Positions 1 to 14,100 of a DNA stretch of 64,000 nucleotides are shown in pieces. The translations under genes were made by a program, and so were the position numbers. Within the stretch, counting starts at the first letter, position 1. The number at the start of each line of letters is the position of its first letter. The DNA is taken from positions 138,694,001 to 138,758,000 of the forward strand of contig OZ260661.1 of assembly GCA_965285935.1 (NCBI GenBank), given 5' to 3'. The notes below the pieces were generated by a model. That model did not search any database. It was given only the letters and a program-made list of their open reading frames with translations, and was not told the origin of the DNA. The stretch is from Ophelia neglecta. Its lineage: Eukaryota.

Positions 1-640
1 CGCCAATATAAAAGGCAGCGCCATCGGCAGCAGCTGCGGCAGCTGAGTATGTACCCAAATACATACCCCCCTTTATTCAAGTGGGGGGAGCAACAGGTGG
101 GGAGTCAAAAAGGGAATAGCTCTCAACTAAAACCGCAGCAAATGCTTCCTTATGCATTTTGCAGTGTAACGATATACATTTCAAGAAATATGCTAATCCT
201 ATTAACTATTATCCGGCCCTTTGGTTGTGTTTCAGGAATCCATCCATTGCGCATAACGACATTCGTATCCGTTTTTTATGACATAAACTGCCATTTGACA
301 ATAAATATTACAGAAAACATTTCACTTGCACTTAACCACTGAACTTGCTGCTTTAATGCATATCGACATGATTTCAGGCTTAGTGCGCTTACTAAATACG
401 TAGGTGAATGATTGCTCTCCTAATAGCCACCTTCTACATATTCAAAGGGTTTTTTTGTTTTTGTTTTTTTAAGGTGTGTGTCCATGGGGGATCGGGGGGA
501 GGGGGGGGGGGTGAATACATAATTCATATATAGTTGTCACTATATATATTTCATGACATTATGTTATGAAAAAGAAGGATGTAGATGGTAATTATTATTT
601 CCAGTAATTTTCAAAAGAGAATTTAAGATATATTTGCTAC

Positions 641-3600
641 TTATGTATCTATAATTATTTTTAAATTATGTTCAAAACCTTTCACTAGAACAGTACTCTT
701 CTGTGAGTCAGCGTCGAAAATATTCTCATTGGTATGAAATGTTACTCTTAATTTGGACTCTTCCAGAGTTAAAGAACCATGCTGGAGCACATTGGCGGCA
801 TCTGTAAAAAAAATGTTGTACACGTTATAAAAAGCTCTAGTACCAAGAGTACTGAAAAGTACATAGATTTAGGGATAATACAAGGGCTTACTATACACTA
901 AGTTTCTGCCTTCTTCTACGATACCAAGAGGGTGACGCTGATTGGTTGATATACAGTAAAACCTGGGAATTGAGACCAACCAAGGGACTAGAAAATGATT
1001 ACCTGATGTTTGAGGTGGTCTGTTTAGACAGGTTCTTTTAACACTGAAAGTGTACACTTTGGTGTTCATATTAGTGGTCGGAATTGGCAGATGGTCTGAA
1101 TATAGAGGCGGTATTTTAGGAAGGTTTCACTGTTTACACAGTTAAGGATCCATCCGAGCAAAATTTGCCCCAATTTGCAGGTGGCCCTTCAGAGGACGGA
1201 CAGGACTGCCGACAATATCTATGTACCCGACAGCCAAGTCAGACGGACAAATTTTCTCCATGAAATGTTGTCAAAAAGCATAAAGTGGCCACTTGTATCA
1301 GGGAATAAAGGGAAGGAATGACAGTCCCCAACCACATTAAGCAGATGGCCGGCCATTCCAGGTATTTCTAATTATATATATATATATCTTTATTCGTACA
1401 AAAAACGTACACAAGGTGCAGGTAAATAAAGTCAGGTGCTACAATACAAATAACATCATAAACTAATCACCTATAGGTGGCCCAGTACACATTTGATAAA
1501 TGGCAAACTCAATTTCGTCATTTCTTAGAATGGAAAGACAATCGGTTCATTGAAAAAATGGTCAACCAGAGAGTGCCCATTACATTACTATACATTGCAG
1601 GGACTGCAGTAATCATTAACTATAACACTACTTTGCTTCAATAAACAGGATGCTCAGTTACCTTTGGGATCTATAAATGTAATTTTCGCTTCTGTGGAGC
1701 CCTCAGAACGCACTACTTCTTCAACGTCACCACCACCTGATCTCTTCTTGCTCTCAAAAAAGCAGGTAAGCGTTTCGTTAAGTGTTCGTTTATTGATTCC
1801 CTTCACCTTAATCACTTTTTGCGGTTCATTTGGCAGCTCTGGTTCTTCATTCACGTTATGAGTAGCTAAACAAGTTTTATCTGTGGTTAAATCAGTAGCA
1901 ACATTGTCACATTTGTGTTCATCATCTGAAAGTACAAAATACTAATTTAAGAAATGGCTCATGGTTGGGTGAGCTGAATAAGTCGTTATCAAAACGAGCT
2001 CGGTGAAAAGAATCTGTGACTTCTGAATCTGCAATTAAGAATGGTTTAAAATAGTATGTTCATATACTAGTATGCATGCAAAATATATCATGCTATATAA
2101 TTCCACTTCGAGGGTCCCTACTGATGAATTCGTGTTTATAGTAAGTGAAATAGTATTATGATGTTTAAGACCGAACAATGGTATATTCAGTAAACAACAA
2201 ATAATTGAGGTTCTATGACTTGATAGACCCATGAAGAAATTGTATAAAGTGCAACGGGAAACCTGAGCACTTTAAACATTTCATAAAGCTGGGAAACATT
2301 AGTAAAATCTGCTACATATTATAATTGATCTAAATTATGTCAGCATGGCTGTCCCCCTTTGTGGACTGGCCACCTGCCATCATTGGAAAAATTTGAATCC
2401 TCTTGTAATGGCTAGGCCTACTCGCTAACATGCAAGGGCGGCTTTCAACTAAGGGTACAGATTGACTTGGCTGGAACATCCTTCACATTGGAATCTCCAT
2501 GCAGGCAGTGATATCCATATATGGTCATAGTAATATTTGCAAGACCAAATACTAGCTTGATTATAGGCAAGATGAGATTTTAAAAATTTGGGACTGTTTG
2601 AGTCATTTTTAAAGTCCATTCGCACCCTTTTACTTTTTTTATGGAAAATTTAATCTTTAACCTTTCAAACTACTATTTTAAAAACTGTTAATTGGCACTC
2701 AGCAGATATATATTAATATGTAGGTACTGCTGGAATATCCGAGGGCATACAGTCCTCAGTAGCAACGGCGTATTGATGCTACAATGCTTTATAGTATCTT
2801 TCATCATGCCTTTTAACAAAATATAACATGGTAAATGCTTCCTCGGGATTGGCCAATCCACAATAGCTATGTTCTAATTATTGCACTTTTTTGTAAATAA
2901 AAAATAATTAATTGCACGTTCCAACAAGAATACAAGCAGCCATAGCATTCATTCCATTTTGATAATTAATGTATCATCTTGAAAACATTTCTCGGTATTT
3001 ATGTAATAACTTCCATAAGTTACAAAAAATGAAGCGAGACAAGAAATCATTCGAACATCAGTTGAGCATCAAAGAACACTTTAACTACCCATCTATATAT
3101 TACACATGTATGCCTACCTTTCACACTGTAAAGTAGTTCGACCGGTCTGAACCCCACATTATCAAAGGACTCCAAAGAGTCTTCTGGTTGACTGTATACT
3201 GCAGCTTTAGAATATGTAATAAAGCGTTAACAATATGATATATAAAATCATTGTAGTATCTGAAGCCAAAAGAGAAAATCGTTTTCTTTATACGCTCCAC
3301 ATCAATACCCATAGAAACTTCTTTTGGGTCATCCTTTGTGACATCAGGGTCCACAGTGTCTGGAGGGGTGTTTACTACAGCAATGACCTCGTCATTTTTG
3401 CTTCCGTCCTCGTCCGCATCTGCATATTATAGATAGCCAAACCAGTTAATTTGTAATTGTGGACCATGAAAGAAATAAGAACAAATGCTATCCGGGCATG
3501 TGAACCTTCCACCGGTTTAAGGACCAGATTGAATACACTTTTCGGACAAGTGAACAAGTTAGGTTCAGGCTGTTGATAACACATTGCTTGGTGAAATCCT

Positions 3601-6031
3601 TTGGTGTACAATGCTAGAGAGGTTAAATCGTTCGTTGTACTATTAGTTGATTGTTAGACTTACCATCTGCTTTCTGTGAGGTAATTACGGCTTTGTCTTC
3701 TGTGTACGAGATCTTTAAATGACCACTTCCACTGGATTCCATATTCTGAGTAGGGACTGCTGTAGTTTTTATGACTGGTCCTTTGACCTTCAATTAAAAT
3801 ATGATGTGTTATGCAATGTATTAAGAATTAATTGAAAACAGAAAAAAAAAAGTTTATACATATTCTCTTTGATTTATGTTAAAATTAGTTTTAAGAGATA
3901 TATCATTATGATACATATCAAATGACCAAATGATTGATTTTATACTCCCTGCCCCCTTTAAAATGCAAAGTATGTGTAAACCACTGGGTCATCAGTTATC
4001 ACACAAGTTTGAATCGCCTTGCGTATATTTTAAATCTAGGAATGTTGGGACGCAGTTGTTTGCATTAATGTATGTTTTTATAGTAATATGAACCTTTAAA
4101 TCTTATCAAATGCTTATATATAAATTGAAAACAAAAACATCTGTTTATACATATTCTCTTCGATATGCGTTAAAATCAATTTTTATGAAATATATCTTTA
4201 CGATAAATAACATATGACCAAATGGTTAGACACCCTCTCATACCCCCTTTCCCCGTTATAAAATACAAACTATTTGCAAACCACGGGATCACCAGGTATC
4301 ACACAGGTTTGAATATCGGCTGCCGTAAATTTTAATTATAGGAATCTTGCATTGTGTTTGTATTGATGGAAATGTGTGCATTAAATGTAAAATTGGCATT
4401 TAAATCTTATCAGAGTGCTTTACCTGCGTTGCAGAAGCATTAGTTTCATTTTTGTTGTCTTCCGTTGTCTGAGGCATATGCGCCCTAAATTTGCAAAAGG
4501 GTAAGCTTCCTACTGCTCTTCTGGCAGGGCCAGAATTACTAGATCCGCTTGCTGACGTACTTCCAGCAGCACTACCAGACTTACTGATCTTTTCCTCCAT
4601 TTGTCGTATTCTAGCTTGTACTACAATCGAATAAATGTGAAGGAAATGAGATAGGGAATACAAAAGGGCTTCCCTCAGAACCACTATATTGGAACATATA
4701 TATGGGGTGGGGTCAAATAGAGGTAAGTTTTGTTCTTGCCCATAATAGATAACTATGCATTCATTTGGCAAAGCTAGATGGTTAGGTGATTATTGGCTTG
4801 TCATGAACCATATGCTTCAGCGTTGCACAATGTTTAATAATATGTGTAATCATTTATGCAGTTATATAAATGGCTACACTTAGGACAGTGACAGCAGTTA
4901 ATTCCAATTTGACATATACGAATTTAATAAATATAAAGCAGAGCTGCTGCACGTTGAACTGACACTAGTAAGATTTTTTCTTAAATAATCAAAACAAAAT
5001 TTGTAAACAATATTACTCCACCTTAGACAGCTATGCACATGTCTACCTATCTAATGATGTTATGAACAATTGATGGAGCGATACAAAATTGAAATGAATG
5101 TCAAGGCCAGTGATGAAGTAATAATAAAATTTACAGTAGGTAGTTTCAGCGTCACTGACAATTTTTTTTCCAAACTAATAGAAATTATTATGCCACTGTG
5201 TTATTTTTCTCTGCTCTAATAAATACAGCCTTTACTGCAAATATATAAAATGCCGACATAATTCAGATATTTTGATGATGTGATTTCGTTTCAAAGCGGT
5301 GAAGACAAAGGAGGAACCCATATAAATGTACTTATTTTTGTGTTATTCTCGGTAAAGGGGGAGTTCAATAACACAACGTGAAGAGGAGATTGATATAATA
5401 TTAAAAGTTAAGTTCTTATATAAGTACATACCACTATTCACATTTAACTCAGTTGATCCTTCATTTATCTCTTTTCTTGATTGTCTTGTATTGACTCGGG
5501 AAACTTCCGCCACTGGGTCCCATGAGACAGCCTGCACACGAAATAAGTTAACTATTATATTTCTAAATATAATTATTATTAATTGAGTAATATTTGCATG
5601 TAGGATAAATATGAAAAAAGCAGTGAGTATGTTTTATGGAACTATTCAAAGCAAAACCCAACGCAATAACAACTGACAAATTCAATACGTCAATATAGTT
5701 CTGTAGTTCTGTCATACTAGCGCATGTTTGGAGAATGGAAAAAGTCCTTTTAATCGTAAATAAGCAAAATAATTATAAAAAAGTGTGTCGCCGTTTTTTT
5801 AGTAGACAAAAGAGAGATGTTTTAGAGATACTTTGGTCAAACAAATTTTTTATTTGACAGAAGACGGCTATAAACGTTTTACTCTTAAATATGCTTGAAC
5901 ATCTTTTCTCCCAAACATCCTTTAGACCCCATGCCCAGGTAGGTTATGCTACGTCCCTCACAAATATAGTGTTAACTGTATATTATTTAACTTACATTGT
6001 CGGGTTGTTTGAGAGATCGACCGTCAGCCAT
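641..6031 (-). CDS. Spliced gene: low-complexity N-terminus plus PARP14/PARP10/NMI-type RRM; apparently truncated (about 357 aa) or continuing off the window
   Basis: In-phase exons 5996-6031 (MADGRSLKQPDN), 5432-5531, 4424-4620, 3664-3787, 3309-3419, 3118-3198, 1662-1925 (VIKVKGI...FFESKKRSGGGDVEEV), 641-801; stop codon shortly after STVLVKGF. Confidence 0.72.
3830..4420. repeat. Imperfect tandem duplication, about 295-bp unit, intronic
   Basis: aattgaaaaca...tttatacatattctct...taaatcttatca occurs twice, starting near 3830 and 4123. Confidence 0.8.
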
Positions 6032-6140
6032 TTGCCCTGTCTTCTTATTATTTCGAATCACGTTGGTTCCCTTTTAAAGTGCAAGGCTGGAATCAAATCA
6101 AATTATCTACCTATGACAAACAGATATATTGTTTTAGTAA

Positions 6141-6289
6141 NNNNNNNNNNNNNNNNNNNNNNNNNNNNNNNNNNNNNNNNNNNNNNNNNNNNNNNNNNNN
6201 NNNNNNNNNNNNNNNNNNNNNNNNNNNNNNNNNNNNNNNNNNNNNNNNNNNNNNNNNNNNNNNNNNNNNNNNNNNNNNNNNNNNNNNNN
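6141..6289. other. Assembly gap (N run)
   Basis: Run of n characters. Confidence 1.
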
Positions 6290-6899
6290 ATAGGCTAACA
6301 TCCATTTTGAACAACGCATAGTAGATTCATTTAATTGATTTAATTGTCTTCTTGCGATACTATGTGTGACTTTCATTGCTTACACGTACCTCATTCAAGT
6401 AACTTTATTCGTAACTTATTCAAGTTCAGGTTCAATAATTTATAACATTCATCACTGTCTTATTATGTACTTTTTTTTACAAGATTTGTACACATTTATG
6501 TCATCGGCATTATTTACGAAGCGTACAGACACATACACATACATAATGACATTGGTAGACCCTTGACTTTTGAAAAAGGCTGGCAAAGCAAAATCATGAT
6601 TTATTTGAACGTGCAAAAACGCACCGCTTGAACAAATATATGAATAAAATTAAAGTCACAATACAAGTTACCTAACTATATGATAAGCTGAGATAACCGG
6701 ACAATGCAAAGTGACATCCTAGCATAAAGATAACGAATGCAAAATATTGATGAATACAACCTTTATAGCCAATATCTATTTAGATCAACCACATGATGAT
6801 GTGGTTTTATAGAAGCCACCATGTTATTAGTGTTTGCACGGGCAGGAACTTGATGTATATCAATGCATTCAGGACTTGTTGGTAATAATGGGGGATATT

Positions 6900-7900
6900 G
6901 CCCCTACCACAAAGTGCAAATGAATAGAGGTGTCTGAAGTGTCAAAGTGATCGGCTTATTCATTGACTGAGAAATCCATATAGCATGGTAATAATATACA
7001 CATATAAGGCTCAATTTTATGTCAACTCTGTGCATTAAATTGATCTAAGGCAACAGGATACTAAGTTTCTACCATGCATGGAGTCAGTGCCTCTTCCAAA
7101 GTTACAAAATATACACTGCGTACATCGCATGCGTTGCGAGGGGCCCGCCTTATGACCCTTCAGTGAGGGTCAGTCTAAATGAGCGGAAAGCTCTCTGGAA
7201 CATCTAACTACCAGTGGTTTCAAAGCTTTCTGTATATTGAGGACTTTTCAGAGCAATCCACTATTTGAAGGTGTGTCTAATGGAGACTCAAACTGTATTC
7301 GAGCATGCAAGTGCCTACCATTGAGGTGACCATGGTGCATTCTATGGATCTTGGGCATTCTATACAAATGCAATTATGCCAAGACCTGGCGTATTGGTGA
7401 TCATAGCAGTTGAAGCATACTCCTAGGTAGGGTCAGCACTACCAAGCACCCGCCTGATCCTGTTTTCGCTGATCACACAAAACAATCAACCTTTAGCGTG
7501 TTGTAGCCATTATTCCTTATAAACTTACCTGTCGGTTACATAGCCTTTATATAGAAGAGTTTCAAGTTTGCTCTTCGAATAGCACACCCTACTCGAAATG
7601 TTATATTGTAGATCGAATCTATTGTCAAACTTTTCACATGTATCCAGTACAAATTGGCTTACGAAGATAATTTCAAGGTGCATGAATAGACAACTGGAAT
7701 TCTTTTTGGATCAACGCTGACTTAGCAATGAATCCATGTCTCGATGGATAAAGTATCGATTGTTACTGGCATGTTGAACAGAACGTTATTATGTCTGTCC
7801 AATGATGTCTATGGCCTGCGTGATCGCGAAGTCCTTTAAAGCTACATACAGATGTGTCCCGAAAAAGCTACGCTTATCTTAATACTCAAGTCTTGTTGAC
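6900..7900 (-). mobile_element. Highly decayed LINE RT remnant (tentative)
   Basis: Minus-strand traces HLYVALKDF (RT domain 3-like) near 7850 and P-x-x-EYAST near 7420; many stops. Confidence 0.3.
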
Positions 7901-9589
7901 AGTTATACTCTCGTAGATACTAAACGGAGGTTTTATTGCCAGGGGAGGCCAAGAGTAGCATAATAAATAAATACAATTTGTTTTTTATATCTTTACCTAG
8001 CCGAACAAAGATTATGTTCAAATCGTATCCGTCGGCGTATGTGTGTCTGCGCGCAAGAAAAACTCATAAACTTAAATTTGAGAACAATTTAGCCTAAGAC
8101 GTGGCCTCCACTGGATCAATTTTTTGGTTGACCTAATGTTCATATGTAGGTAACAATTCCATTGTGAAAATTTCTGAGCTGCTCACGGTTCGATTTCAAA
8201 CAAGAAAGAAACCACCCTCTAGCCAATAAATTTATTCCATCAAAACAAAAATAAAGATTGGCCTTTTATTTTCTATATGCAGATATGAATCTTAGTTGTT
8301 TGTGGTCCGAATGCAAAAAGAAAAAAAAACAGATTATGGCTAGTCACTATATTTATGATAAAAATGGTTGGTTGAGCAACGAATTAACGTATCCAATTGG
8401 AAACACATTGCATTGTTTCTGCGTTCAGGGACATTTTCGTTGCCTCTTAGCTGGTTTTACCAGTACAATGAGGCAATTGAAGAGATAAACAGAATCATGG
8501 CCGAATCCAATCGCCAGCTATTTGCGAACCATGTGTGTCAAACAGGTGTGTCAAAAGGGGGAATTATGGTGTAGAATGTTTACTTGCAGGACATGTGACG
8601 TTGTGTTGCAACAGTAGAAATAAATAATTAATATTTCTAATGTGTTAATTTTAAAGTTGGAAAATAATTCAAGCATACTTCATCTTTATCCTAAATACAC
8701 AAACTTTTATTTTGGGCAAATGTATAATAATCCGATCAAACTCATTATTGGATTATAAATTTAGCAAATGACATCCCAGGTGGCTTGCACTCACATAAGA
8801 TATACCGGCCTACCATTGTGTGCTTATGAGGGATTCATTATGGTCCTTATAAATATGTCTTTATTAAACTGGGTGAAAGTAATTTGTATGCAGACACACT
8901 TAAAGGCAACCAGTTCTGAATAAATGCTAATGATCATGAATGCTAATGATCAAATGAGTTTCATGTCAACAGTCGATTTATGTTCATTGTAAATGCTCCC
9001 TTGTGATATCTCTCGGTTGTCTTGATAGGGCCCTTAATACCTAATAAACTACTTTATTCAAGAAGAGCTTACAGCTGATTGTTACATGTTCAGTTTAATT
9101 AAAAGAAAAAAAAAACAATATATATTCGATCAGTCTATAAACAGTTTAGCTCTGACAATCTGTGCTTGATGCTTGTCATGTCATTTTGGGCCAATACGTA
9201 ATATTTTAAACCAAATTTCAAACGAGTCACAGTTTTTCAGAGATTTCGATACAAAAAAACTAGATCTACTGAAGGCTTATCACTGCGTGATGGCCATCGG
9301 AATTAGTTCATAACTCAGTTCTTTAATATTATACAAAGGATTTTACTAAAAGTTGTTGACGTTCTGCCCTATGAGCAAAACTTCGACAGTCTACACATTG
9401 TCGCTACCACCAAATTGTCTCATCGCCTGCTGAGTAGCAATCGTCGTTTGTGAATCCTCAACATTTAATTACTCCGGAAGCTTTACTTCTGGTTTGGGCC
9501 ACTCCGATATCCTGTGTCGTCATTGTCATCAAATCCAATAGGAAATCCATTATAAGCGTCTCATTCCGCACCCATGGGACACATGTCAT

Positions 9590-10225
9590 CTGTCTACCCA
9601 GGCAGTTCACGACCACAAGCAGAATCTGCTGCACGTCAGATTGGACTTGTGGAGACAATTTTGCACCGTAAGCATGCCGACATTCAATGGTAACTTAAAT
9701 GAACTACGAATCCAGGAAAGTATTTTACTCAGGGTTGGATGAAGCACCAGCGACTCCCAAGGACAAACTCCTACAACTAAAGAGCAGCTTGCAGGGTGTG
9801 ACACTTCGGGTGATTGAGGGATTAGAAAATTCTGCAGCAGGTTACGATACGGCCAAGGAAATCCTTGAATGTAGGTATGGTGGAAAGCACAGACTACTTG
9901 CACTGCGAATGGAAGAGTTGGAATCCTTTAAGCAAATCCCTGATGGCAATGCCAAAGGTTTACTGATTCACTAAATGATTCACTGATTTACTGGAAATGC
10001 TGATAGTCAATCAGAAAGAAGGAAAACAAGGAAAAGAACTGGGCAGCGGTTCACTGTATATATCCCTTTAGAAAAAATTTAATGAGTCGCTGTTAGCTAA
10101 GTTCAAAAGTGGAATTTTGAAAATTATAAGATTGAGGGCATTCCCGCCTTGAGAGAGTTTGCAAATCAGGAAGTAGAATTCCTTACAGTGGCAACCAAAA
10201 CAATGAAAGGGTTTACAATTCCAAT
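9590..10225 (+). mobile_element. Degenerate BEL/Pao gag (DUF1759-like) fragment
   Basis: KDKLLQLKSSLQG...SAAGYDTAKEILECRYGG; stops and frameshifts. Confidence 0.75.
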
Positions 10226-10322
10226 AGTAGTAATAGCAGTTGCAGTAGCAGCAGCAACAGAAGAAGAAAATGAAAAAGAAGAAAGAAGAAGTTGTAGTCG
10301 TAGAAGTAGTAGCAGTAGTAGC

Positions 10323-10375
<53 letters not shown>

Positions 10376-10457
10376 CGGTAGTAGCGGTAGTAGCGGTAGT
10401 AGCGGTAGTAGTAGTTGTAGAAGCAGCAGCAGAAGAAGTAGTAGAAGTAGTTGTAGT
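10226..10457. repeat. (AGT/AGC/AGA)n trinucleotide microsatellite
   Basis: Directly visible; gives rise to spurious poly-S/L/V ORFs. Confidence 0.97.
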
Positions 10458-11101
10458 GGCGAGCGCAGCTCGTGAGCTGTGAAAAACACTAAAGCTCGTG
10501 AGCTGTGAGCGGCCTGTTTAATCAATGAACGTATCTAGAAATAACAAATTGGCGGAGCGAGCTCTATAGATAACGTGTATGGGTAGGGAGAAAATGCATA
10601 AGAAATCAAAACAAACTATAGAGATACCAGTACTCGAACCAACTTGGTTTCCTTAGTCAATTTCCGGTAAAGTGGTAGCCACAGTAGTAGTACTTGAACG
10701 TAGTCGTGTTTGTAGTACTTTTTGAAGCAAAATTGGACAACTTTCAGGTAGTTGTGCAAAATACAATGTAAAAAATCGTAAATAAGTCTAAGTGTACACT
10801 TAATTCCTCGTAAATAATACTTAATTACATAACCTTATTTATTCGGGGAAAAAAACACCACGTCTAAGATTGTGAGAGCAAATTTTCAAATACGAATTTA
10901 AATTTGCAACTCCCGTTGTAGTCTCGTCTGCAATTCCGCAGATCTGAGGCCAGTTCCGTATGGATAGGTGAAAAAAAAGTCAATCACTAGTAGTTGTTTC
11001 GATACCGATTATCTTGTTATCAGGGTATAGTATTGATCTTCATCAGGGTCAAATAAATAAAAATAAAAACCCTAAAGTTCGTGAGCTGTGAGCCGCCTGT
11101 T

Positions 11102-14100
11102 GGCATGAAAACCATCCCCTTTTTTTAACCATATATTTCCTAAACCAGAGTGTGTAAAAATTTCCTCCAACATCTGTACCCATTTGGATGTAAAGTTATT
11201 TAGTGGGTCATAGTGCATAAATCGTACAAGTTTGTACAAAATATATGACAGTTTGCTTTTCCAATACATAGCCATTTTTAGCTGAATAGTATTTCTTAAT
11301 TCCCGTGCACCAGATTCCCCATAAACCATACAATTTGCAGTGTAGCTCCTAAGCTGTAACCTTTCTTTAAGAAATTTTCTATAGAATATTTCTATCTGTT
11401 TTAGGTCATCACAACCCCAGACCTCACTGTCATACAACAATACAGGCACAACAAGTTTCTCAAACAGTTCACACTGTATATCTAATGGAAGGCGAAGGCT
11501 TCGAACCTTAACATACTAAATTTAGCCCTTTTCGCTTGATTTACCTGCTTTGCTATGCTCTTTTGTAGATTACCATTGTAATTGAACAAAACACCCAAGT
11601 ATATACAAGAGTCGACCACTTCAATATCATCATTACCAAATTTAAACTTAGGATGTTTTCTAACCTTGCCTCTCGAGAAATTTACAATTTTTGTTTTTGT
11701 GGTATTAACAGTTAATTTCCACATGTTACAATATTAAAAAACAGCGTCTAAAGCATTTTGTAAATCCTTAGGAGATTCTGCCATTACAATTGTGTCGTCA
11801 GCATATAATAAAATATATGTATAACAGTCTCAGATAAATCTCAACATCCTCGTCACTTAAGTTTTTCCTTACATCAGTTGAGATTTTGTTTAAACCACTA
11901 TTGTTTCTGCTAACAAAGTACTCGAAATCATTTAAATAAACAGCAAATAGTATCGGTGATAGACTTTAACCCTGCCGTACAGGGCGTACACCAATATTAC
12001 AAGAGAACAGGTCGGAGATTTTACCATATGACATGACACAAGACTTTCATTTTGATACAGATTATATATGACCGTGATAACTTTTCCATTTATACCGCTT
12101 CCAATCAATTTACTCCAGAGCGAAGATCTATCAATGAGATCAAAAGCCTTTCTATAGTCTATGAAGGCACAATATAGTCTTTCTTTTCTGCTAAGGTAAA
12201 TAAGAATAATTGAGTACAATACAAAAGCATGATCAATTGTTGAAAAACCTTCTCGAAAACCTGCCTGCTCATCTCCAATAGAACCCGTACTTTTTAAAAA
12301 GGTTGTTATTCTATGATTTAATGCAGCAGTGAATAGTTTGCCAACACAGCTCAGGAGTGTGATTCCCCTGTAATTGTCAGGGTCCTGTTCACTGCCTTTA
12401 TTTTTGTACAGAGGAACTTTCAAACTAATACACCAAGGCATTGGCATGATGCCACTATTTAGCACGAGATTGAATAAATCTGTTATAAAGTCAAGAAATT
12501 CACCAGTACAATTTTTTAACATTTCATTTGTATGCCACATGCTTTGTTGTTTTTAAGTTTACTTATTATACCCCATATCTCCTATTTCGTGAAATCCAGA
12601 TTTAGATCTTCATTTGTTGAGTGGTTTATTTGAGTTGGGTCAAAATCTTCAGCAGTATCACCTTGTTGATTTCTTAATTTTTTGAAATGTTCAGTAAAAA
12701 CCTGCAGGGAAAATTTCGCTATAATTTTTTTTTCTGTGCAACTTTGTTGATTAAATTCCAGTACTCGCTGGTGTTGTTTGATCTTAACACTCTCAGTTTT
12801 TTATTTAAATTTCTATAATAGGATTTTGTTTTGGATTTTACTAGTTTTTTATATTTTTCTCAGAATCTGACAGATCAGTATTGGATTCAACCCCAGATGG
12901 GTTTCCTCTATACTTTTTGATTTGTTCCTGGCTTTGATATACTTTAACCTCCCCATTTTACACTCTTCGTCAAACCAGGGCTTGTTGACCTTTTTTGGCA
13001 TCCTTTGGGATTTTCTTTGCTTCTTTTCTTTGTATACATTTGCATCTTTTGCCACATCCATTACAGTAGAATTAAGTCTACTACAAATATCATCTATTTT
13101 TTCCTGACTTCGGCTGTTTTTTTTACATCCAATAACATCTGTTTTAAACCTTCAACATTACACTCTAATAATTTTTCTTTAAAGATTGCGGACAAATTAT
13201 CATCCCAACTGAAAACAAACCCCTGCTGATCTTAGCAAGGCAAGTCTTCATTTATGTTAGAATTAACTTCGTTTGACTTTCCTTCAGAAATAGTCAATAT
13301 GGATTTGAAATCAAGAGTGATTGAGATTGGGCAGTGCACATCTGACATGCATTTATCTAGAAAACCCACTTCAAATCTGTCAATATTGGGGAAGGGTGCA
13401 TAAGATGCAATAACTTAATCTATTGTGCTTTTCCCACCATTTTTGTTATAACATGTGTATTCACCAATATTCTTGTCTTTGCCAAATCTTCCATTTACTA
13501 TCTTTAAATCTGTAGCTTGACACAGTTCAATTATACTTCTACCATTTGTGTTTGTTACCTTTTCAGCATTTACTCTATCAATTAATATACACTTTTCCTT
13601 CAGCTTGCTTTTCAAGTTTACATGTTCATTGCTATGAATATAACCAGTGAATTCTGCTACTTCAGGCTCAATGTCTAAAATATCATCGAGCAAACCTGTT
13701 CTAGCATTACAGTCTCCTAGCAAACATATGGGAGCATTATATTTGCTGTTAATAGAAATAACATCATCCTCCAATTGACTAAAGACATCAGGATCATGAA
13801 AAATAGAACCCTCACAGGGTAAGTACAAGGCACCAATTATAAATTCTACACATGAGACCACACTCTGTATATGTAGCCCTAATACATGCTCTGATACAGT
13901 ATCAGTTATTATTTCAGAATTTTCGAAAATGTCCCTTTTTAATAAAATACATAAACCATGCACACCTCCATATTTGTAGATAGGGTTCTTCTTCGGTTTT
14001 ACGAGTATCTTGTATTCTTGCAGGTCAGTTTCTTCTAATACTGGGCCGTCGGTTTTCGTTTCTGACAAGCATATTATATCATAGTCTGCCAGGAAAGTGT

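Noticed and set aside
5891-6376. ORFs spanning the N run
   Set aside because: Artefacts of the assembly gap.
10149-10525. Poly-Ser/Leu/Val ORFs
   Set aside because: Translations of a trinucleotide microsatellite.
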